A stretch of DNA of 38,185 nucleotides from a bacterium (lineage in GTDB: Bacteria; Zhuqueibacterota; Zhuqueibacteria; Zhuqueibacterales; Zhuqueibacteraceae): the NCBI GenBank assembly GCA_044869275.1, contig JBIOXB010000065.1:1-38185 (forward strand), written 5' to 3'. Each line of letters opens with the position of its first letter. Position 1 is the first letter of the stretch. The notes under the pieces were generated by a model, which saw nothing but the letters and a program-made list of their open reading frames with translations, made no database searches and was not told the DNA's origin. Below, one piece after another: positions 21,857 through 29,208 of this stretch. The position numbers and the translations under genes were made by a program.

Positions 21857-22681
21857 TCAAATCAAATTCTGCCAAATCACCAGACCGAAGGCCAGCACCG
21901 TCATGGCCAGCGCCGCCAAAGTCAAACCTTGCACCCACGGCTTTTCAGAGGATTGTTCCGTGTAGCCCACCAGCATGGCGGTGGCGTACCCGCCGATAAA
22001 CCCGCCGCCGTGCGCCCAATTGTTGACCCCGGGCATGAAGAGTCCGAACAAAAACAGCACGATCGCAGATTGCAGGGTTTGGCGATACATCTCCGCGCCA
22101 AACACTCCTCCACGCATGCGGCCGTAACACACGATCGCGCCCAGCAAGCCAAAGATTGAGCCCGAGGCGCCGATCGTCAGGGGAATGCCTCTGAAATTTG
22201 AGAGCACAAAACCCAGCGCACCGGAAAATGTGAAGATCACAATCAGGCGTGAGGGGCCGAACAATTCTTCCACCTGCGGCGCGAGCTGCCGCACCCACAG
22301 CATATTGAAAAAAATGTGCAGCAAGCTGCCGTGCAAATAGATCGCCGTGATCAGCGTCCACCAGCGGCCGTATGTCATCGGAATGCTTCCGGTTGCTCCC
22401 AGACGAAACAAGCTTTCGCCGCTGGGCGACAGAAAGCCTAAAATGCCCTGAGAGTGAAAAAGCGCGCTCGGATCGAGCACAATGCTGATCACATAGAGCG
22501 TGACGCAGAAGGCAGTCACGACCTGCACGAAATCATAGCGCCTCATCCACTCGCGCATGCCCATGCTCCAGCTCCAAATGCCGGGATTCTTGTAGCCGCA
22601 GTGGATGCAGGCATCCGTGTTGATGCTGATGAGCTTGCCGCAATTGGGGCACAGCATGGAGCCGATTTTTTGTTCTGACAT
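21857..22681 (-). CDS. Rhomboid intramembrane serine protease with N-terminal zinc ribbon
   Basis: 'LHGSLLHIFFNM', catalytic 'GASG' and 'AHGGG'; N-terminal CPNCG...CIHCG. Confidence 0.92.
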   Translation of the reverse strand: MSEQKIGSMLCPNCGKLISINTDACIHCGYKNPGIWSWSMGMREWMRRYDFVQVVTAFCVTLYVISIVLDPSALFHSQGILGFLSPSGESLFRLGATGSIPMTYGRWWTLITAIYLHGSLLHIFFNMLWVRQLAPQVEELFGPSRLIVIFTFSGALGFVLSNFRGIPLTIGASGSIFGLLGAIVCYGRMRGGVFGAEMYRQTLQSAIVLFLFGLFMPGVNNWAHGGGFIGGYATAMLVGYTEQSSEKPWVQGLTLAALAMTVLAFGLVIWQNLI

Positions 22682-22849
22682 GTCGTTTGATTTGCGGTTA
22701 TGCGATTTTGTCCGCGAAAAACGCGGAGCACATGAACGCTTGATTTATTTTACCGCACCAGCACGGAATTCGCACGCGTGCCCTCCATCAATCGCCCCCG
22801 CGTTTTGCACGGGGGGAATCATTGCTGCCTCTTCGCGCGGGTGCAAGCC

Positions 22850-23818
22850 TCATGGCTGCAACAACAGCTTTCCCGCCGTTTGCCGGTTTTCCATAAGCCG
22901 GTGTGCTTGGGCCGCCTCTGCCAAGGGCAGAACACGATCGAGGTGCAGTTTCAGTTCGCCGCCGGCAATCCGGTCGAACACTTCATTGGCACGCCAACGC
23001 AATTCCTCGCGCGTGGAGGTATAATTGGCCAGAGCCGGGCGTGTGAGAAAAAGCGAGCCGCGCGCGCTGAGCCAGAGCGGATCGATCGGCGGCACGGCGC
23101 CGCTGGACTGCCCGAACATCACGAGATAGCCGCGCGGCTTTAAACAGTTCATGCTTTTCTCATAAGTCGTTTTGCCGACCGAATCGTACACCACCTCCAC
23201 CCCGCGATGATGCGTCAGCTGTTTTACCTCAATTTCAAAATCCTTTTGCGTGTACAAAATGACTTCGTCCGCGCCGGCTTCGCGCGCGAGCCTGGCCTTC
23301 TCCTCGGTCGAGGCCGTTCCGATGACGCGCGCGCCCAGGCGTTTCGCCATTTGGATTAACAGCAAGCCCACCCCGCCCGCGGCGGCATGCACCAAGCAGG
23401 TTTCGCCAGCTTTTAGCGCATACGTCGAATGCGTGAGATAGTGCGCCGTCATGCCCTGCACCATCGCAGCCGCGCCGGCTTGGAATGAAATCTTTTCCGG
23501 CAGAGGCACGAGCTTTTGCGCGGGCACGGCGGCAAACTCGGCGTAAGCTCCGAGTGCCAGGGCGTAGGCCACCCGCTCGCCAACGGTCACTTCCGTCACC
23601 TTCGCGCCGACTGCTTCCACCACGCCCGCGGCCTCCGTGCCTGGCGTGAACGGCAGCGCCACCTTGTACAACCCGATGCGGTGATAAATCTCAACGAAGT
23701 TGACCCCGATGGCCTGCACGCGCACCAGCGTTTCTTCCGGCCCCGGGACGGGCACCGGCACCTCTTCCAGTTTCAAAACTTCCGGGCCGCCGTGTTGATA
23801 GATGCGAATGGCTTTCAT
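22850..23818 (-). CDS. qor: NADPH:quinone oxidoreductase (zeta-crystallin/MDR family)
   Basis: 'GGPEVL', 'PFTPGTEAAG', 'HAAAGGVG', 'YDSVGK', 'GSLFLTRP'. Confidence 0.92.
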   Translation of the reverse strand: MKAIRIYQHGGPEVLKLEEVPVPVPGPEETLVRVQAIGVNFVEIYHRIGLYKVALPFTPGTEAAGVVEAVGAKVTEVTVGERVAYALALGAYAEFAAVPAQKLVPLPEKISFQAGAAAMVQGMTAHYLTHSTYALKAGETCLVHAAAGGVGLLLIQMAKRLGARVIGTASTEEKARLAREAGADEVILYTQKDFEIEVKQLTHHRGVEVVYDSVGKTTYEKSMNCLKPRGYLVMFGQSSGAVPPIDPLWLSARGSLFLTRPALANYTSTREELRWRANEVFDRIAGGELKLHLDRVLPLAEAAQAHRLMENRQTAGKLLLQP

Positions 23819-23859
23819 GGTCGTTTCACCAGGACTTAATCTGACTCTTCCATGCCACT

Positions 23860-24507
23860 TCATTCTGCCAAACCAAAACAAACATACTTGATCGTCTTGC
23901 CGGCGCTCAGATAGCGCCGCTCGTACGCCGTTTTGATCGCACGCAAATCTTCATCTGTTATATTCCTGTGCAAATCTTCACAAAGTTCGTGAATCGTGCA
24001 ATTTTCGGCCTGTAAAGATTTCAAAGTGGATGCAAACAAGCTATCGTCATCGGTCTTGACATGGATGCGCCCGCCGGGCCGCAAAATTTGGCGATAGCAA
24101 TGCAAATAGCGCGGTGAAGTCAGGCGCCTTTGAGATTGCGTGCGCTTGGGATACGGCTCGGGAAAAGGGATCCAGATTTCCTGCGCTTCCTGCGGCGCGA
24201 AGAAATCGGGCAGATCTTCGATGCGTCCTCGCAAAAAAGCGGCGTTGCTCAAATGCTCATACAGCGCGGCTTTCGCGCCTTTCCAAAGGCGGTCGCCTTT
24301 GTTGTCGACGCCGATGAAGTTGCACTGCGGAAAGCGCCGTGCCAGAGCGACCGTATACTCGCCTTTGCCGCAGGCTAGCTCCAGTGTAATCGGCTGTTCA
24401 TTTCTGAAATAATTCGCGTGCCACTTGCCTCTTAAATCGTACGGCCTTGCCAGCACATTGGTGAGATGGGTCAACTCGGCATAGCGTTTCAGCTTTTGGC
24501 GCGGCAT
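23860..24507 (-). CDS. trmB: tRNA (guanine-N7)-methyltransferase
   Basis: 'LELACGKGEY', 'IWIPFPEPYPK', 'RRLTS', 'HVKTD', 'TAYERR'. Confidence 0.92.
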   Translation of the reverse strand: MPRQKLKRYAELTHLTNVLARPYDLRGKWHANYFRNEQPITLELACGKGEYTVALARRFPQCNFIGVDNKGDRLWKGAKAALYEHLSNAAFLRGRIEDLPDFFAPQEAQEIWIPFPEPYPKRTQSQRRLTSPRYLHCYRQILRPGGRIHVKTDDDSLFASTLKSLQAENCTIHELCEDLHRNITDEDLRAIKTAYERRYLSAGKTIKYVCFGLAE

Positions 24508-24548
24508 CCGTCATCTGATACGAGAATAGTCTTGCAGAAAAAGCAAAA

Positions 24549-24609
24549 GCTTCCGCCTCGCGTTTGACGCCTAACGGGTCACCCGAAACGTCATTCGTGA
24601 AACGGAAGC
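24549..24609 (-). terminator. Long imperfect hairpin followed by a U-tract on the minus strand
   Basis: Outer stem GCTTCCGT/GCGGAAGC, inner stems TGACGTTT/AGGCGTCA and CGGG/CCCG, then TTTTGCTTTTT. Confidence 0.55.
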
Positions 24610-24620
24610 AACCGCCGTTT

Positions 24621-25283
24621 TTATAAATTGGGCACGATCGCGGGCTGCGCCATTCCGAGCTTTTGTTGCAGCCCGACTTTGATCGACGGCCAGTCGGTAT
24701 CGGTGATGCTGTAATACACGGAATGTCGAACCCGGCCGGCGCTGGTAATCATATGATTGCGAAACACGCCCTCCTCTTTTGCGCCCAGGCGCAGAATCGC
24801 GCGGCGCGAGCGTTCGTTCAAAAAATCCGTTTTGAATTCCACGCGCAAGCAGCCGAGCGTTTCGAACGCATGCGCCAGCATCAAATACTTGGCTTCGGTG
24901 TTGACCGCCGTGCGCTGCCACGGCCGCCCGATCCACGTCCAGCCGATCTCGAGGCGGCGATTCTGGCGGTCGATATTGCCGAATCGTGTGCTGCCCACAA
25001 TTTGTCCGGATTCTTGCAGAGCCGTCGCAAACGGGAGCGACTTTTCTTCCGCCTGTTCCAGCAAAGCGGCTTCAATGTAAATGCGCATATCTTCCGCGGT
25101 TTTGACAGGCGCAGGACTCCAGCGCCAAATCTCTTCGTCCAACCCGGCCGCGCATAACGCACCGTGGTGCTCACGCGCGAGCGGCACGAGCACGACATGC
25201 CGGCCGGCTAAAGTGACCGGCACAATTTGCAGTGAGGCTACGGAAACCTGGCGCGAGAGATCGAGGGCAGCGGGAGCAATCAT
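24621..25283 (-). CDS. GNAT N-acetyltransferase (RimJ/RimL-like)
   Basis: 'VGSTRF', 'LEIGWTW', 'NTEAKYLML', 'RVEFKTD', 'NERSRRAILRLGA'. Confidence 0.9.
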   Translation of the reverse strand: MIAPAALDLSRQVSVASLQIVPVTLAGRHVVLVPLAREHHGALCAAGLDEEIWRWSPAPVKTAEDMRIYIEAALLEQAEEKSLPFATALQESGQIVGSTRFGNIDRQNRRLEIGWTWIGRPWQRTAVNTEAKYLMLAHAFETLGCLRVEFKTDFLNERSRRAILRLGAKEEGVFRNHMITSAGRVRHSVYYSITDTDWPSIKVGLQQKLGMAQPAIVPNL

Positions 25284-25384
25284 CAGCCAAAGAATGCGAT
25301 GGTATCGAGATCAAAAATTTAGTATCGTCACAAATATTGACGAAAGATACGACCTGCGCAATGATTTGCAAGCGAATTCTATCG

Positions 25385-26656
25385 ATGAAGAAATTAGAGA
25401 GATTCCTGCTGCCAGGCTGGGATATATTCGTCGCGTGCGGCGCCTCCCTCGCTGCGGTGGTCACCCCTCTGCGGCTGGTGCAAGTGCTGCATGGCCGGGT
25501 GGAGCTGCTCTACCTGGACGAAACGCTGACGGTGATCCTCTTGCTGGATATTCTCGTGCGCTTTCAACGTTGTCGCCGCAGCGAACACCAGGACGAGCCG
25601 GCACAAACCGAATTGGGCGTGGTGGCGCGCTATTCGCGTTCATGGCTCGCTTTGGATCTGATTGCCGCCATGCCGTGGGGATTGTTCGGTGGCATCCCCT
25701 TGTTCCAAACGGCACGCCTGGTCAAACTGGCGCGCGTGGGGCAACTCATGCGCGAGTGGCGGCAACGCGCGGTGAAACGCTCCACTTGGCTGCGCCTGGC
25801 TTTTTTTGCCTATTGGATATTGCTGTCGATGCATTGGATCGCCTGCGGCTGGCTGGCGTTGCGCGGCATGCCCTCCGCGGCAAAGCCCAGCAGCGCCTAC
25901 TTGAGCGCGCTGTATTGGACGGTTCAAACCTTCGCCACCGTCGGCTATGGCGACCAGCCGCCCACAAACGACGCACAAATCTTATATGCCATCGCGGTGA
26001 TGATTTTAGGCGCCGCCATGTACGGCTATATGATCGGCAACATCGCGAGCATTTTGGCGAATATCGATCCTGCCAAAGTGCAGCACTTGGAAAGAATTGA
26101 AAAGCTCACGGCTTTCATGAATTATCGCAGCATTCCTCCGGAAATGCAGCAGCGCATACGCGATTACTATTCGTACTTGTGGAATAAACGGCTGAGCTTT
26201 GACGAAGCGGAAGTCATCTCCGCGCTGCCGCCGAGTCTGAGCACGGAAATCTCCCTGTTTCTCAAACGCGATTTCATTCAGCGCGTGCCGATTTTTCAAG
26301 GCGCAAGCGAAGAATTCATCAAGGAAATCGCGCTGCATATGAGGCCGCTGGTTTTCCTCCCCGGCGACTATGTTTATAAAGCCGGCGAAATGGGCCGCGA
26401 CATGTACTTCATCAGCCGCGGCACGCTCGAAGCTTTGTCCAGAGACGGCAGTACGATCTACACCACGCTTACCGCGGGAGATTTCTTCGGGGAGATCGCG
26501 CTGGTGCTCAACCAGCGCCGCACCGCCAGTGTGCGCGCGCTGAGCTATTGCGATCTTTACCGCCTCGACAAAGAGATGTTCGACCGCGTGCTCGCACACT
26601 ATCCTGAGATCGGCAAGCAGATCGAAGCCAAAGCCAGAGAACGGCAAGAGAAATAA
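25385..26656 (+). CDS. Cyclic-nucleotide-gated K+ channel (SthK/LliK-like)
   Basis: Multiple TM segments, S4-like 'RLVKLARV', filter TVGYGD, C-linker, CNBD 'FFGEIAL...RTASVRA'. Confidence 0.92.
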   Translation: MKKLERFLLPGWDIFVACGASLAAVVTPLRLVQVLHGRVELLYLDETLTVILLLDILVRFQRCRRSEHQDEPAQTELGVVARYSRSWLALDLIAAMPWGLFGGIPLFQTARLVKLARVGQLMREWRQRAVKRSTWLRLAFFAYWILLSMHWIACGWLALRGMPSAAKPSSAYLSALYWTVQTFATVGYGDQPPTNDAQILYAIAVMILGAAMYGYMIGNIASILANIDPAKVQHLERIEKLTAFMNYRSIPPEMQQRIRDYYSYLWNKRLSFDEAEVISALPPSLSTEISLFLKRDFIQRVPIFQGASEEFIKEIALHMRPLVFLPGDYVYKAGEMGRDMYFISRGTLEALSRDGSTIYTTLTAGDFFGEIALVLNQRRTASVRALSYCDLYRLDKEMFDRVLAHYPEIGKQIEAKARERQEK

Positions 26657-26696
26657 AATAAAAAAAGCCCCGTGCTGCCTGCGGGAAGCACGGGGC
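26657..26696 (-). terminator. Intrinsic terminator of the TPR gene
   Basis: GCCCCGTGCT / AGCACGGGGC stem, with a T-tract on the minus strand. Confidence 0.85.
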
Positions 26697-26717
26697 CTGC
26701 TTGCAAATCATGCAACC

Positions 26718-27998
26718 TTAATTCTGCTGCTTCTTCTCCAGCTCCTCCGCCTTGGCAAAAGCTTCTTTGGCTTTTGCATCGATACCCACGCGGGTATAAC
26801 CCACGCCCAAATTGAACCACACGGCGGATTGGTCGGCTTTTATCGTCACGGCTTTTTCCAGATAAGGAATTGCGGCATCGAAATGTTGCTTGGCCGCGGT
26901 CTTCATCTCCGCCATCTTTTGCGCGTCCGGCTTTTGCTTGTTTTTGCTTGCCGCTTCATCTATCTCCCGCATTTCCTTGTCCACGCGTTCGCCGATTTTC
27001 AAATGGCTGATGCCGATGTTGTAGTTGGCTTCGAAATCATCCGGTTGGATTTCCACGACTTTCATGAATTGCGTGATGGCATTGTCATAATCTTCGCGCA
27101 TAAGGAACAAACGGCCGTAATTGAAACGCAAGTCCTTGTCATCGGGTTTGTTGACCAGCGCCTGCTCGTACATCTTAAAGGCGTCATCGGATTTTCCCAA
27201 ATAATCATAGGTGATCGCCAATTCCGCCAGCACCCGCGCGTCATTGGGATGTTTTTGCACGACCTCCGCGAGCAGGGCCGCGCTTTTGTCGAATTGCTTT
27301 TTGGATTTGTAATAATCAGAGAGCGCCATGTAGTGCATTAGGCTGTCAGGCTGCATTTTGATGAGGGTCTGGTACGAATTGACGATGACGCCGTAAAGCT
27401 GGTCTTTTGCATCTTTGCAGCAGCAAAACTTGGCGTACTCCGCGGTGCTTTTGTCGCGGCAGCGCGCCACCATCGGATCCCATTCGTGTTCATTCGTGCT
27501 GCAGCCGTCGCACGGTGTGCCTGCCTCGATATCATTTTCCACCTGGCGATAAGCGACGGTGAGATTTTGAAAGGAGGCGACCTGGGAAGGGTCCACCATT
27601 GCGGACATTGAAAATTTCTCAGCCGCGAGCTCGAAATTCTGCTCGTTGAATGCTTTCACGCCCGCGTTGAACGAGTCAGCAAAGTACTTTTGGCGAAAGG
27701 CCTTGATTTCCTTGGTGTACTTGCCTTTTTTGTCGTATTGTTCCGTTGCGGCGAACTCCGTGATCATGTCCGCCATGCGGCCTTTCTGGCCGTAACCCTG
27801 CGCCAGCAGAAAATGCGCTTCGGCATTGTCCGGTTTTTTCTTCACCGCTTCTTCCAGCCAGTGAATGGCTTTGTCCCACTCATTCTGCTGAATGTAAAGC
27901 TTGGCAGAAGTCATCTCCATGGATTGCGCGGATACGCGCGGCGCCACCATGAAAACCATTAACGCGCACAGCCCAATCAAAGAAATCTTCTTCATCAC
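26718..27998 (-). CDS. Exported tetratricopeptide-repeat protein with Cys-rich insert
   Basis: Signal peptide ending VSA|Q; many TPR units ('PDNAEAHFLLAQGY', 'PDDFEANYNIG'); SD AAGGAG. Confidence 0.88.
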   Translation of the reverse strand: MMKKISLIGLCALMVFMVAPRVSAQSMEMTSAKLYIQQNEWDKAIHWLEEAVKKKPDNAEAHFLLAQGYGQKGRMADMITEFAATEQYDKKGKYTKEIKAFRQKYFADSFNAGVKAFNEQNFELAAEKFSMSAMVDPSQVASFQNLTVAYRQVENDIEAGTPCDGCSTNEHEWDPMVARCRDKSTAEYAKFCCCKDAKDQLYGVIVNSYQTLIKMQPDSLMHYMALSDYYKSKKQFDKSAALLAEVVQKHPNDARVLAELAITYDYLGKSDDAFKMYEQALVNKPDDKDLRFNYGRLFLMREDYDNAITQFMKVVEIQPDDFEANYNIGISHLKIGERVDKEMREIDEAASKNKQKPDAQKMAEMKTAAKQHFDAAIPYLEKAVTIKADQSAVWFNLGVGYTRVGIDAKAKEAFAKAEELEKKQQN

Positions 27999-28051
27999 TC
28001 ACTCCTTCACTGGTCCGAGGGCACATACAATCGTTGCTTACCATGACAAAA

Positions 28052-28080
28052 AATATACTTGAAAATGGCTGGAGTTGCAA
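28052..28080 (-). promoter_or_regulatory. Sigma-70-type promoter of the TPR gene
   Basis: Minus strand TTGCAA-N17-TATATT. Confidence 0.6.
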
Positions 28081-28110
28081 GAGGATTTTGATGGGGAGGC
28101 GGTGGTGAGA

Positions 28111-28182
28111 GATGCTGGAGGTTGGGATGCTTGATACTGGATACAGGATGCTGGATACCAGAACATCCAGCATCCAGTATCA
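28111..28182. repeat. Inverted heptamer tandem array (GAT[AG]CTG / CAG[CT]ATC)
   Basis: GATGCTT GATACTG GATACAG GATGCTG GATAC, then CATC CAGCATC CAGTATC. Confidence 0.85.
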
Positions 28183-28187
28183 AACTT

Positions 28188-28412
28188 TCAATTGCACGCA
28201 CAACCGCCGCCGGACCCGCCCATGCCGCCGGTGCTGCCTTCGAGCGTTTCGAGCCAGTGGCGTTCCGTGGCTTCCTCTCCGGCAACTTTGTTGAAGTCCA
28301 TGATGCGTTTGGCCAAATGCTCGCGCTCGTAGGCCTTGACCGAGGTACAGGCTTGCAACAAAAAAGCAAGCAGTACCATGATTGACAGCATGCAGATTCG
28401 TGCTCGTCGCAT
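28188..28412 (-). CDS. DUF4266-family small lipoprotein, 74 aa
   Basis: Lipobox LQAC, 'VKAYEREHLA', C-terminus 'EGSTGGMGGSGGGCACN'. Confidence 0.88.
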   Translation of the reverse strand: MRRARICMLSIMVLLAFLLQACTSVKAYEREHLAKRIMDFNKVAGEEATERHWLETLEGSTGGMGGSGGGCACN

Positions 28413-28491
28413 TTTCGTTCCTCTCAAAAAAACTGGAAAAAGTGAACCCTCTCCAAGCAAGCGAGAAACCCTGTCGTGAGTAGATTTAGGC

Positions 28492-29013
28492 TCAGGATTT
28501 ATTTTTCGCGCTGGCCTCGGGCGGCGCGGCTGGTTTAAGCAGTTGATTAATCTCCGCCTCGATGCGCTTGAGCTCTTCCGGGCTGTAGCCGTTATGCAAG
28601 AAACGCAAAGTGCCCTTGCGGTCGATGAGGTAGCTGCTCGGCATGGTTTGCGGATCGTAGAGCCTGGAAACGCGCTTGTCGCGATCCCAAAAAGCCTGCA
28701 GTTTGAGGCCGTGTTCCTGGAGAAAGCCGGTGATATTTTCGCGCTCGTTATCCACCGAGATCGCCAGCACCGTCAAACCGCTTTGCCGGTATTTTGCCTG
28801 CAAATACGCCAGCCGCGGCAGCTCTTCGCGGCAGGGTGCACACCACGTGGCCCAAAAGTTGATCAGCACCACTTGCCCGCGCAATTGCACCAGCGAAATC
28901 TCCTCTCCGGTTAATGCAGAGACAGTGAAATCCTTGGCTTTCGCGCCGGGCTTCACCCCCGCCAAGACCGATGAGAACAATAGACCGATCACGAGCAAAA
29001 CATTTGTCAACAT
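28492..29013 (-). CDS. TlpA/ResA-family thiol-disulfide oxidoreductase
   Basis: N-terminal export signal, 'INFWATWCAPCREE', 'MPSSYLIDRKG'. Confidence 0.93.
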   Translation of the reverse strand: MLTNVLLVIGLLFSSVLAGVKPGAKAKDFTVSALTGEEISLVQLRGQVVLINFWATWCAPCREELPRLAYLQAKYRQSGLTVLAISVDNERENITGFLQEHGLKLQAFWDRDKRVSRLYDPQTMPSSYLIDRKGTLRFLHNGYSPEELKRIEAEINQLLKPAAPPEASAKNKS

Positions 29014-29046
29014 GATTTCTCCGAACAGCTGTCATTCTGATTGCTT

Positions 29047-29164
29047 CAGACTGTGTGGAAACGCTTGGTTTCAACGCAGGCTAAGCTTGTCGAAGTCTGA
29101 TTATTGAACTTAGCACCCTTCGACAAGCTCAGGGTGCGGCTTTTCCAGGTATTCACACAGTCTG
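29047..29164. mobile_element. MITE-like element with 11-bp terminal inverted repeats and an internal palindrome pair
   Basis: CAGACTGTGTG...CACACAGTCTG; internal CTAAGCTTGTCGAAG (29081) / CTTCGACAAGCTCAG (29118). Confidence 0.65.
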
Positions 29165-29208
29165 CCTCATTCCAAACGCAGGCATTGCTGCGGCGCTTAT
29201 TTGCGCTA

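Noticed and set aside
24560..24600. Hammerhead ribozyme (CTAACGG...GAAAC)
   Set aside because: Core deviates from CUGANGA at two positions and no stem I can form.
25081..26100. 339-aa plus-strand ORF
   Set aside because: Alternative frame overlapping the GNAT and channel genes; Arg/Ala/Gly-rich composition typical of off-frame GC-rich DNA.
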